From Bacteroidia bacterium (GTDB taxonomy: Bacteria; Bacteroidota; Bacteroidia; Bacteroidales; F082), in contig JAUNNU010000002.1 in NCBI GenBank assembly GCA_030537295.1, forward strand, positions 1 to 56,591: a DNA stretch of 56,591 nt, in the 5' to 3' direction. Shown here piece by piece: positions 1 through 8,154 of the stretch. The first letter of the stretch is position 1. Each line of letters starts with the position of its first letter. The notes beneath the pieces are model-generated. The model worked only from the letters and a program-made list of their open reading frames with translations, searched no databases and was not told the origin of the DNA. The position numbers were made by a program, and so were the translations under genes.

Positions 1-53
1 CAAACACCTCAAATTCCTCAAACACCTAATCACCTCAAACCCCTGACAACCTC
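1..53. repeat. Degenerate 8-9 bp periodic word repeat (CACCTCAAA / TTCCTCAAA / CACCTAAT type)
   Basis: Read directly: caaacacctcaaattcctcaaacacctaatcacctcaaacccctgacaacctc, immediately before the lysozyme ATG. Confidence 0.7.
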
Positions 54-500
54 ATGAAAACATCACCATCCGCCATCGCTCTCATCAAGTCCTTTGAAGG
101 CTTCAGCCTGACAGCGTACCGCTGCCCGGCAGGATGCCTCACCATCGGCTACGGTCACACGTCAAACGTCACCGAAGGCATGGCCATCAACGAACAGCAA
201 GCCGAAAAACTCCTGAAGCAGGACATCTGTTTCGCCGAACTCGCGGTTGACATGCTCGGCAAACTCACTCAAAACCAATATGATGCCTTGGTCTCGTTTG
301 TCTTCAACGTCGGCAACCGTGCCTTCTCGTCCTCGCGGCTCCGCCGCTACGTCCTCGCCGATCCGAATGACCCTGCCATCCGTCAGGAGTTCCTCCGCTG
401 GATTTACATCACAGTAAAAGGCAGGAAGCAAATCTCGAAAGGCTTGCAAAACCGCCGCAACGCCGAAGCCAACCTTTATTTCAACACTGAAATCTCCTAA
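54..500 (+). CDS. Phage-type lysozyme (GH24 endolysin)
   Basis: 148 aa. The motif LIKSFEGFSLTAYRCPAGCLTIGYGHT followed by YDALVSFVFNVG and GLQNRRNAE matches the lambda R / P22 gp19-type lysozyme signature. Confidence 0.9.
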   Translation: MKTSPSAIALIKSFEGFSLTAYRCPAGCLTIGYGHTSNVTEGMAINEQQAEKLLKQDICFAELAVDMLGKLTQNQYDALVSFVFNVGNRAFSSSRLRRYVLADPNDPAIRQEFLRWIYITVKGRKQISKGLQNRRNAEANLYFNTEIS

Positions 501-510
501 TATCGAGATA

Positions 511-553
511 CCGAAAAACCAAATACCTCAAACTCCTAAACACCTAACAACCT
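511..553. repeat. CCTNAA-type word repeat
   Basis: ccgaaaaaccaaatacctcaaactcctaaacacctaacaacct, between the lysozyme stop and the next ATG. Confidence 0.6.
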
Positions 554-889
554 ATGTCACTCGACCTTACCCAAATAATCCTCGGCATCACCACGCTTTT
601 GTCCCTCTGCGGCTGGTTCGTCAACGGACGCAAGCACCGCAAGGAGACCGAAGCCATCGATGCCGACAACAGGCAAAAGGAATTTGAACTCGGCAGACAG
701 TACATCGGCGAGTTCAAGGAAAACATTGTCAAACCGTTACAGACAGAAATGAAAGGACTTAAAAATGAAGTCAAGAAACTGCACAAGGCCATCGATCGTG
801 TCAACGATTGCTCTCACCGCGATAATTGCCCTGTCCGCGCAGAGTTGCAGAAGCAGCAAGCCGCTGACGACAACAACAATGAAAAATGA
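554..889 (+). CDS. Lysis-cassette membrane protein: one N-terminal TM plus a charged coiled-coil tail (holin or i-spanin-like)
   Basis: 111 aa. Hydrophobic IILGITTLLSLCGWFV at the N-terminus, then a K/E-rich helical region. It lies directly after the endolysin. Confidence 0.6.
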   Translation: MSLDLTQIILGITTLLSLCGWFVNGRKHRKETEAIDADNRQKEFELGRQYIGEFKENIVKPLQTEMKGLKNEVKKLHKAIDRVNDCSHRDNCPVRAELQKQQAADDNNNEK

Positions 890-1298
890 TAGTGTTTTAG
901 TCGTTGAACGTTGGCGAGACACCACCATCATTCTTCCGCCGGACTCCGCCTGGCTGAAGGCCTGGCTCCAGTGCGACAGCACCGGCAACATCCTCATGCA
1001 GCAGCTGGAGTTGAAATCCTCAAATTTCGTGATGCCGTTGGCACGTCTGGAATCCATTGCGCCATCCGGCGCAATCCTCTCTCTCGATTGCAAGACCGAC
1101 AGCCTTGAAATGGTCATCCGCCTGAAGGAAAGAACCATCCGGCATCTTCAACAATCCCGGACCACACAATACATCGAAGTTGAGCGCAAACTTACATGGT
1201 GGCAGCAGACCCAAATCCATCTCGGCAGGGCGTTGCTCGCTCTGCTCGCCGCCGCAGTGGTTTATGCCATTGTCAAACTAAAACATTACTCACTCTAA
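765..1298 (+). CDS. Lysis-cassette protein with a C-terminal TM; possible unimolecular spanin. An alternative start at 879 would remove the signal-like N-terminus.
   Basis: The ATG at 765 lies out of frame inside the previous ORF and gives IVSTIALTAIIALSAQSC, which is signal / lipobox-like. The C-terminal ALLALLAAAVVYAIV is TM-like. The ATG at 879 overlaps the upstream stop (ATGAAAAATGA). Confidence 0.55.
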   Translation: MKSRNCTRPSIVSTIALTAIIALSAQSCRSSKPLTTTTMKNDSVLVVERWRDTTIILPPDSAWLKAWLQCDSTGNILMQQLELKSSNFVMPLARLESIAPSGAILSLDCKTDSLEMVIRLKERTIRHLQQSRTTQYIEVERKLTWWQQTQIHLGRALLALLAAAVVYAIVKLKHYSL

Positions 1299-1350
1299 TG
1301 ACCTTAATCACATTAATCACCTTAATCTCCTAACACCCTAATTGACACCT
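1299..1350. repeat. CCTTAAT/CCTAA-type word repeat
   Basis: tgaccttaatcacattaatcaccttaatctcctaacaccctaattgacacct, directly after the stop codon. Confidence 0.6.
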
Positions 1351-1407
1351 TTCAGCCCATTCCGACCACTTTTCTCTCCCACCTTGCATCGCGTCAATTA
1401 AATTCAC

Positions 1408-1415
1408 TATCTTTG
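1408..1415 (+). promoter_or_regulatory. Bacteroides-type -7 box TATCTTTG with no annotated ORF downstream
   Basis: cactatctttgcaccg, with ttgcat about 20 nt upstream. Matches the TAnnTTTG consensus of Bacteroidetes primary-sigma promoters. Confidence 0.4.
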
Positions 1416-1807
1416 CACCGCTAAAAAATTTTTTAAGAGCTGCTTCCATAGCTCGTCGGTCAAGGTGGCTATGCTCCGGCACTCAGCCGGAGTTCATCCC
1501 AAAAGGTTTTTTCACACTGCCAAATGTCACAAATGGTTATATCACCCAGCCGCCTTGACCATTTTCAAAATTCATCAATCAGTTTCGTTAAAATCCCAAT
1601 TTTCGAATGCCAGAAAAAGCGAAATCCTCAAATCCTCACATTGAGGAAATGAGGATTTGAGGAAATCACCTGTTTTTTCGCCACATCTTCATCCATTTGC
1701 AGCCTTTTTCATCATTTTGCACCATTTTGCAGCCTCTTTCACACTTGTTTTTCAAAATCCTCAAATCCTCAGAATCCTTAAATCCTCACCCAGCGGAAAT
1801 GAGGATA

Positions 1808-3577
1808 TTATGTTTTTTCATAGCTGTCGTGTGCCGAATGCTTCAGCCGTCCAGTGCTGCAAAACTTACTGATGTACCGCTCAGCCGTCTTCGATGCTAT
1901 CTTCAACCTCTCCGCCACCGCCAAGTAATCCCTCCTCGAAAAACTCTGCGGCAGGTTGTCCAAGAATGTCTGCTTGATGTTCGTCAGTCCGTTGGACAAC
2001 GCCTCACAGTCAGTCAATGGCAGCGAGCCGAACACCTTTGCGGTATGTTCGAGAAGCACCCTGGCCATGATTATTGAAGCCTTGAAATCATCGTCGTCGC
2101 ACTCGATAATGTCAGGGAAACAGCCGTTGTCAACCATCCTCAACGACGACAGTATCATCCCGATCCGAAACGTTATCAGACCGAGCCGACGCACCGACGC
2201 CACAATGTCAAGCCCGAACAGCTTTGAATATTCCACCTGCACCACCTCGAAGAAATCGTTGAACTGTTTTTGCTGCAACTCCGTGTAGGTGAATCTTTTG
2301 GGGTTCGATTTTTCAAGAATCTTGTAAAGCTCATAGAAGTCGTATCCGAGTTGCTGGAAATAGCCGTCCAAAGGCTTGTCCGATTCGGCGAAAACGTCAT
2401 TCCATTCAAGCCGGGTGTTCATCCAGTAGAATATGAATCTGCTGAAGAGTCCGTTCTCGGCGTCTGGAATCAAGGCGAGAACCTGTTTCGGAGTCCCCGA
2501 CAGCAAGGCGGAAAGTTTAGGTTTCGACAGTTCCACAAACTCCCTGTCCTTGCGCCTGGTGTAGGAAATCATTTCATGGTGAAACGCTTTCCGGAAACCG
2601 TCAGAGAAGTTGCCGTAGTCCGACTTGAAAGTGTTGGCCAACGTGTCGCCTTCCGTCTCAAACATCAGCCCAACGCCGCCGTTGTCGTTCAATACTTGAT
2701 AGACAGATGTCGCGCTGCTGTTAGCCGGAATAAGCAGGGTTTTCAATGGCGGCTCCGTCGGCTGCTGGTTGTTTTTCCTGTCAAGCACATATTCATTCAA
2801 AAGGTTTTTGTATTCCTCCATTGAGCTGTGGTACTGCTTTTTCAGATAGTTATGCACTGGCATCACCAGATGTCGGCAGAGCGTCAGCCTGCCTTTCCCC
2901 GACGAAGCCTGTGCCGTGATGAAAAGAAACAGGTTCGGGAACACCTCGCGCCGGGCATAGTTGCCATACACATTCGGCAGACACGCCGACAGAGCCGTTA
3001 TCGCCCCGATGACTAACATGTCTGCATCTTCAGCTGATGTCGCCACTGCCATCACGTTCCGCAGCATCTGCGGCAGCAACCCCTCAACGTCCTGCGAGAA
3101 CGTCGGCGTCAGCTCGGCAAATTCCTCTTTCGATGAAATGTCAGAGTTGTCGAAATCCCCAATCTCGCCATCACCCTCTGAGACCTTTGAAACTCCTTCA
3201 GCTCCTAAATCACCTAAAACTCCTAATTTCCTACCCACCTCAACTCCTGCTTCCTTTGCCCTGTGAAAGAACGTCGCTATCGTCACCCCATGACCTTTTG
3301 CTTTGAGACATCTGTTATATTGAACCTCTGTTTCGTTGAACGAATATTCCCGATAGAACCTGCTGATTCTGTGGTAGTATTGCCGCCCGGCTTCGCCGAG
3401 CGCGTCAGTCAGGGCGAAGCCGAGGTCACGCCATTCGGCGTAACCGCCGGTAATATCCACCGAAGCCGCCTCAATGCGTTTGGTCACATCCTCAATGTCT
3501 TTCTCAACGCCGTCAACCCTTGAAACCTCTGAAACCTCCGATTTCCATTCATCGGGGTTGAATTTTTTCTTTGCCAT
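1808..3577 (-). CDS. Replication protein: PriCT-like N-terminal domain plus DUF3987-type P-loop helicase-like domain
   Basis: The N-terminus GGYAEWRDLGFALTDALGEAGRQYYHRISRFYREYS is PriCT-like. The P-loop is ITAQASSGKGRL. The ATG at 3577 lies 3 nt after the upstream stop; the ORF track extends to a GTG at 3583. Confidence 0.8.
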   Translation of the reverse strand: MAKKKFNPDEWKSEVSEVSRVDGVEKDIEDVTKRIEAASVDITGGYAEWRDLGFALTDALGEAGRQYYHRISRFYREYSFNETEVQYNRCLKAKGHGVTIATFFHRAKEAGVEVGRKLGVLGDLGAEGVSKVSEGDGEIGDFDNSDISSKEEFAELTPTFSQDVEGLLPQMLRNVMAVATSAEDADMLVIGAITALSACLPNVYGNYARREVFPNLFLFITAQASSGKGRLTLCRHLVMPVHNYLKKQYHSSMEEYKNLLNEYVLDRKNNQQPTEPPLKTLLIPANSSATSVYQVLNDNGGVGLMFETEGDTLANTFKSDYGNFSDGFRKAFHHEMISYTRRKDREFVELSKPKLSALLSGTPKQVLALIPDAENGLFSRFIFYWMNTRLEWNDVFAESDKPLDGYFQQLGYDFYELYKILEKSNPKRFTYTELQQKQFNDFFEVVQVEYSKLFGLDIVASVRRLGLITFRIGMILSSLRMVDNGCFPDIIECDDDDFKASIIMARVLLEHTAKVFGSLPLTDCEALSNGLTNIKQTFLDNLPQSFSRRDYLAVAERLKIASKTAERYISKFCSTGRLKHSAHDSYEKT

Positions 3578-3579
3578 AA

Positions 3580-4539
3580 TCACAGATATTTCGGGTTGAT
3601 GAACGCGTCGGGGTCGTATGGCAGGAAGCAGGCCCTCGACACATCCTTGCCAGACGAATCAATCCCGATGCCGTAAGTCTTCCTGATGTAGCATGAAATG
3701 GCGTTGAAATACTCTCCGTGTGGAGTCTGGCCGATGTCATCAATTGCCACCACCCATTTCAAGCCGTCGCCCGACGGACTTCTGAAAAGCATCTGCGTCT
3801 CGAAGTATTCGTCAGCGAGCAGCGAGTTGAACACGTCTTCAAGGTTCGCGATATGGTCGAAGTCAAGGCACATCAGCCCCGAATGCCTGATGATGTTCCT
3901 GTCGCTCCGCGACACGAACACGCCCGAAAACGTGCAGTAGTCGAAGTTGGCAGCCTTGTAAAGCCGCCGCTGCTTCGCATCGGCTATACTTCTCAGCTTC
4001 CACGTCCTTTCCTTGGCGTAATGACCTTTTATGTAAGTGTAAATATCAAGCAAAGTCACTGACCTGTAAGGTGTTATGTTGCTTATCGGCGCACGGTAGA
4101 AAGAGAACATCGGAATTGGTTTCACAGCCGGTACAATCTCACGGCCATCAGAATCCATTTTGCTGTAGAACCCCTTTGAATCAGAGATGTTAAGGTTCAA
4201 ATCCCTGTCGATGGCAAACATCAGCTCGTCGCCGTCCAGACCGTAGTATAGTTTTGCGAACACGAACACGTCGCCGTGCGGTATCGTTCCGCTCGAATCC
4301 TCATGGACTGCATACTCGTCATAGATGGCTTCCGGCATCGCGCTCTTCTCGATCCATATCTTCAGGGTTTTCCTTCCGCCGTTGAAGGGGTTCCGGCAGG
4401 TGCCGCAGTCACGCCCCGAAAGGCTGAAGACAACATTGTCATTCGGGAAACACTTGTGGAGGATGTAGGCGTAGATGTTTATGCCATAGTTCGTCTTCGC
4501 GAGAATCTGGCTTTTTGAGGGTACTGTGGCGTTATTCAT
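3580..4539 (-). CDS. Primase-polymerase-like protein (BT4734 / VirE N-terminal domain type)
   Basis: 319 aa with GLMCLDFDH and LFRSPSGDGLKWVV motifs. The ATGA overlap with the upstream gene indicates coupling. Confidence 0.7.
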   Translation of the reverse strand: MNNATVPSKSQILAKTNYGINIYAYILHKCFPNDNVVFSLSGRDCGTCRNPFNGGRKTLKIWIEKSAMPEAIYDEYAVHEDSSGTIPHGDVFVFAKLYYGLDGDELMFAIDRDLNLNISDSKGFYSKMDSDGREIVPAVKPIPMFSFYRAPISNITPYRSVTLLDIYTYIKGHYAKERTWKLRSIADAKQRRLYKAANFDYCTFSGVFVSRSDRNIIRHSGLMCLDFDHIANLEDVFNSLLADEYFETQMLFRSPSGDGLKWVVAIDDIGQTPHGEYFNAISCYIRKTYGIGIDSSGKDVSRACFLPYDPDAFINPKYL

Positions 4540-4856
4540 TTCTTTCCCTCCTTGTAGTTGCGTTTCAGCATCTTGGCGATGTCCTCTGTGCTGTAAACTA
4601 TTTTCGACCCGAACTTGGTGTAAGGGATTTTGTGGTTGGAACGCATGTTCTGCAAGGCGTTCCTGCTGATGTTGAACGACAGCATCACGTCCTGGTTGTC
4701 AACCCAGCCGCCGATGTCGCTGAACTTGTCTTTCGGCTTCTTCGCCATGTCGTCAAGCACCGTCAATTTCTTCATCAGCTCGGCGACGAAAGGGCATGGG
4801 CATTCAACCATCTTGCCGTTGTCATCCGATGGTTCAAATCTTACTATGTCTTCCAT
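4536..4856 (-). CDS. Excisionase-type helix-turn-helix protein (HTH_17-like)
   Basis: GWVDNQDVMLSFNISRNALQNMRSNHKIPYTKFGSKIVY pattern. The ATG at 4856 overlaps the upstream TGA by 1 nt. Confidence 0.75.
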   Translation of the reverse strand: MEDIVRFEPSDDNGKMVECPCPFVAELMKKLTVLDDMAKKPKDKFSDIGGWVDNQDVMLSFNISRNALQNMRSNHKIPYTKFGSKIVYSTEDIAKMLKRNYKEGKK

Positions 4857-5224
4857 CACTCACTGTCCTCCCCGCCGCCATAGTCTATGTAGCCGATTTT
4901 AGCCTTGATGTGGTTCGATTCCATGAATGTCTGGAGGTCTTTCTTCAGGACATAAATCTTGTTTCCGAACTGAGAGAAAGGAATGTAGCCGGCCTTCCGC
5001 CACGACGACCAGGTCCTTGAACTGATGTGGAGAGTCTTCATCACCTCTCCAGAGTCAATCCATTCATTGCCGGGCTTCTTTTCTTCCTTCTTCTCTTTCC
5101 TTGTGACGAAATCCCTGATGTCGTCAATCTGTTTTTTGAGGCTGTCCCATTCCTGTTCCGGAATCATGAGCACGGTCATTGCGCCCTGTACCACTGCCTG
5201 TCGCTGTCTTTTGCAATCTTCCAT
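4856..5224 (-). CDS. Excisionase-type helix-turn-helix protein (HTH_17-like); start uncertain (5224 or 5179)
   Basis: EWIDSGEVMKTLHISSRTWSSWRKAGYIPFSQFGNKIYV pattern. The ORF-track start at 5269 is a GTG. Confidence 0.7.
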   Translation of the reverse strand: MEDCKRQRQAVVQGAMTVLMIPEQEWDSLKKQIDDIRDFVTRKEKKEEKKPGNEWIDSGEVMKTLHISSRTWSSWRKAGYIPFSQFGNKIYVLKKDLQTFMESNHIKAKIGYIDYGGGEDSE

Positions 5225-5324
5225 AATTGTAATCGAACAGTGAAAATGAACCGCGACATTGCGGCTCACGTCTGTTCAGGCAGCAAAAGTATATAGATTT
5301 TCCGCCACAAAAACAAGCCCAATC

Positions 5325-5408
5325 GGAACATTAATGCACTATTTTACAAGGTGTTTGTGTTCCCAAATCGGAACAGAAACGCCTCTGTTTTTGAAACATT
5401 TTTGTTCC
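5325..5408. promoter_or_regulatory. Nested palindromic operator-like array: GGAACA-N27-TGTTCC-N6-GGAACA-N27-TGTTCC
   Basis: Half-sites read at 5325-5330, 5358-5363, 5370-5375 and 5403-5408. The array is symmetric about position 5366/5367. It lies in the only real intergenic gap of the minus-strand module. Confidence 0.5.
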
Positions 5409-5416
5409 GCCTTGTT

Positions 5417-6487
5417 TCAATGATGTTTGTTGGTGACGCTGTTTCTTTTCGACGACTGCAAAGTGACCTCATTCCCGATGTACGGCTCCGCAAGTTCCAC
5501 CATCTCCTGCACGATGTCCGATGTGTCGTCGGGCTGTCTCACGCCTAAGAAACACAGTGCGCCAATCTTTTTGGCTTCCGTCAAAGCCGACTTCATAAAC
5601 CTCGCATTGTCTCTCGTGGCGCATTCCTCATCCTTGTCGATGAATCCGAACAGCCGCAAGATGTCGTAAGCATCCCTCTTATCCTGGTTTGATAGTTCAA
5701 CGTCATTGGGGAAGACAACACCGTCCATCAGGAAGAACCTGTACATGTCAGGCGTGACCTCGCAATGTGAAGTCACCGTCTCGATGGCGTCCAAAATCTT
5801 CTTGCTGTCATACCGGGGTTCACACACCGAGAGCATAATGATGATGGCTGCGTGAAGCCAGATGTTCTTTGGCGGTGCGCCCTTCGTGGCGGTTTCGTTG
5901 TATTCCGTTTCAAGTCTCTCGATAGTTGATCTGACGCTTTCGATGGTCTTTTCCTGCGATGCTTTTTTCTCATCATGGTTCGGGTATTTCAGATACGCCA
6001 AATCGTAGTTCACAGGGTTGAATCTGATGTCAAAACTTGGGTCAACTTCAGTGGCGTACTTGTGCTTCAGGAAGTTGAACACGCCCGAAAGCAAATCTTC
6101 GCTTGTCAGAGTCAGTTTTCTTTTTTCACTGTAGCTGGCTTTTTTGTTCACGATGTCGATTTCCTGTGAGAGTTTAATCGCTGATTCAATACTGACAAGC
6201 AGCGATTCGGCGATCTGTCTTTTCTGGAAAATCCTGTATCTCGTCACGAATGACAAGTCAGTCTTAATGTCGTGGACGGAAGTCCGTCTCAGCAGGTTGA
6301 GCGCGGTCCAGAGGTATTCCGAATAATCCTCGAAGCGTGTCTTCACGACCATCCTGTCGAATGCCGTCCGCGTCACGTTGTTGAAGTGTATCGTTTCCGG
6401 CTCGCTGATTTTTGTGTAGGCGAGTAGTATCATGGTGTCAAATTTTAGGTTAATATTTTGTTTCAAACAATAGAACATCGGCGGCAT
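5417..6487 (-). CDS. Hypothetical protein, no recognisable motif
   Basis: 356-aa ORF. Its ATG overlaps the integrase stop (TAATG). I could not recognise any family. Confidence 0.6.
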   Translation of the reverse strand: MPPMFYCLKQNINLKFDTMILLAYTKISEPETIHFNNVTRTAFDRMVVKTRFEDYSEYLWTALNLLRRTSVHDIKTDLSFVTRYRIFQKRQIAESLLVSIESAIKLSQEIDIVNKKASYSEKRKLTLTSEDLLSGVFNFLKHKYATEVDPSFDIRFNPVNYDLAYLKYPNHDEKKASQEKTIESVRSTIERLETEYNETATKGAPPKNIWLHAAIIIMLSVCEPRYDSKKILDAIETVTSHCEVTPDMYRFFLMDGVVFPNDVELSNQDKRDAYDILRLFGFIDKDEECATRDNARFMKSALTEAKKIGALCFLGVRQPDDTSDIVQEMVELAEPYIGNEVTLQSSKRNSVTNKHH

Positions 6488-7911
6488 TAGATGCCGTCAA
6501 TGTTCTCGCTTGCGATTCTGAGTCTGATTTCCTTGAACATGGTTTTTGCAAACTCTTCGTTGTTTGTGTCGCGGATAAGGTCGCTGATCTTGTTAATCCA
6601 GAGTTCGATGCCGCCGACTTTCTTCTTGAAAACGTTTTTCAGAGCCTCGTCTGTTGCGTTGGTGTCGAAGTTGCCCATATAGCCTTCGGTTATTTTCAGG
6701 GAGGAGTGGGCGAGCATTTTCTGTATTGCGCTGTTGTCAGTGCCTTCGTCTTTGGCTATCTTGGCGAAAGAGTGTCGGCTGATGTGCATTGAGACCCTTT
6801 TGTCTATTCCGGCGAGTTCCGCAATTTTGTTCAGTTCCTTGTTGATGAGCGCGTTTTTCGCTGAAATGTCTTTGAAAAGCTCTTGTTTGGTTGCCACATT
6901 CATTGAATCGTAGTCCATTTCGGTCACACATTTTGCGTAAGGTTTTGATGGGTCGAGCAGAGGGAAGATGTAATCTGAGCCTTTGAATTTCTCCGGCCTG
7001 TAATAGTCGAGGATTTTCAATGCAGGTTCAACGAGCACCAAATCCCTCACCTTGTGGTTCTTTCCCATCTGATAGTTGAGGCGTTCCCCCACGATGTTGC
7101 GCCACCGCATCTGAATCAGGTCACCTGCTCTAATTCCGGCGCAGTAAAAGCTGAACAGGAAGTAGTTTCGGCAGTGCCAGAGCAGCGAACCCTCTTTGAG
7201 TTCGAGAGCCTTGATGCTTTCAATCTCGTCAGCTGTCAGTTTGTCTTTCACGGTCTTCACGCCTTTGATTTGGAATACCATGAAAGGGTTCTTTTCCGGA
7301 GCCATCTTTCCTTCCTTGATGGCTTTGTTGATGTTTGAGCGGAACTCGTTAAGCACCTCCTGCACGGTATTAGGGTGGATTCGTTTTTCTGGGTGGCGTT
7401 CATTCGGCAGCTTATCGAGATAAGCCTTGAAGTTGGTGATATATTCGTAGTCGATTTCCGAGAAGAGCAGGTCTTTGCCTTTCTGGTATTTTTTGAGTTT
7501 GTTAAGGAAATTGCTGTGTTTTTTCCAGTTTCTTATGCCGCCGCTGTCGAGTATGCTTTGAATCTTCGCCGCCGCAAACTCGATGAACGACTCCGACACG
7601 TTCTTTGCCTTGATAGCGTCCGCGACCTTTCCCGATGAAACGGTTGTCTCTTTGTCAAGTTCAAGATACTTGTTTCGAGTTTCTTCAATCATTCTTGCGA
7701 GTTCGTCGTTCCATTTTTTCGCGTAAGGCAGACTTTTCCTAATCCAGTTGTTGCCAATACATTTTGAATTGAAATCGGTTCGTTTTTCCACTTCGTAAGG
7801 AGTCTTGAATTTCTTCCTTACGCCAGCCACAGTGATGCAAATAAAAATAGTCCACTTTTTGTTTCTTGTCGGCTTTGTGTTCAGTTCGAGTCTGAATGAA
7901 TGTGCTTCCAT
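6487..7911 (-). CDS. Tyrosine recombinase / phage-type integrase
   Basis: 474 aa with a Bacteroidales-type N-terminal arm-binding region. C-terminal catalytic pattern: RAGD..., HISRHSF, LAHSSLKITEGY. Confidence 0.9.
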   Translation of the reverse strand: MEAHSFRLELNTKPTRNKKWTIFICITVAGVRKKFKTPYEVEKRTDFNSKCIGNNWIRKSLPYAKKWNDELARMIEETRNKYLELDKETTVSSGKVADAIKAKNVSESFIEFAAAKIQSILDSGGIRNWKKHSNFLNKLKKYQKGKDLLFSEIDYEYITNFKAYLDKLPNERHPEKRIHPNTVQEVLNEFRSNINKAIKEGKMAPEKNPFMVFQIKGVKTVKDKLTADEIESIKALELKEGSLLWHCRNYFLFSFYCAGIRAGDLIQMRWRNIVGERLNYQMGKNHKVRDLVLVEPALKILDYYRPEKFKGSDYIFPLLDPSKPYAKCVTEMDYDSMNVATKQELFKDISAKNALINKELNKIAELAGIDKRVSMHISRHSFAKIAKDEGTDNSAIQKMLAHSSLKITEGYMGNFDTNATDEALKNVFKKKVGGIELWINKISDLIRDTNNEEFAKTMFKEIRLRIASENIDGI

Positions 7912-7966
7912 AGTGCTAAAAAATTAAAAACTAAAAACCGCTGATATATCTCTCATCAGCACGTTG

Positions 7967-7974
7967 CAAAGATA
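7967..7974 (-). promoter_or_regulatory. -7 box TATCTTTG (minus strand) upstream of the integrase
   Basis: The plus strand reads caaagata. It lies about 55 nt upstream of the integrase ATG. Confidence 0.45.
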
Positions 7975-8154
7975 CAAAATATTTCAAAACTACGTGCATA
8001 TTACGTGCAAAAAGTATGTATTTTATTTCATTATTTTGCATTACTTTGCATAGTATTAAAATGAAAAACACACTTAACTAATTTAAAAACAATGCAATAC
8101 CCTGCAATTAAAAGCAATAGGTCTAATAGGTTTAAGTTCGGCCCTGGGTACGAT

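Noticed and set aside
1-53. Word repeats as a CRISPR array or as spacers
   Set aside because: The period is only 8-10 bp, there is no repeat / spacer alternation, and there are no cas genes.
1562-1572. The 11-mer TTTTCAAAATT, shared with 8263-8273, as the attL / attR core
   Set aside because: It is short and AT-rich, flanking similarity is absent, and it could plausibly arise by chance. It is kept only as a weak note inside the boundary finding.
8120-8152. ggtttaagttcggccctgggtacga as a tRNA 3' fragment marking the att site
   Set aside because: It cannot be folded into a T-arm plus acceptor stem, and no matching tRNA is nearby. The only tRNA (11663-11735) is 3.5 kb away and intact.
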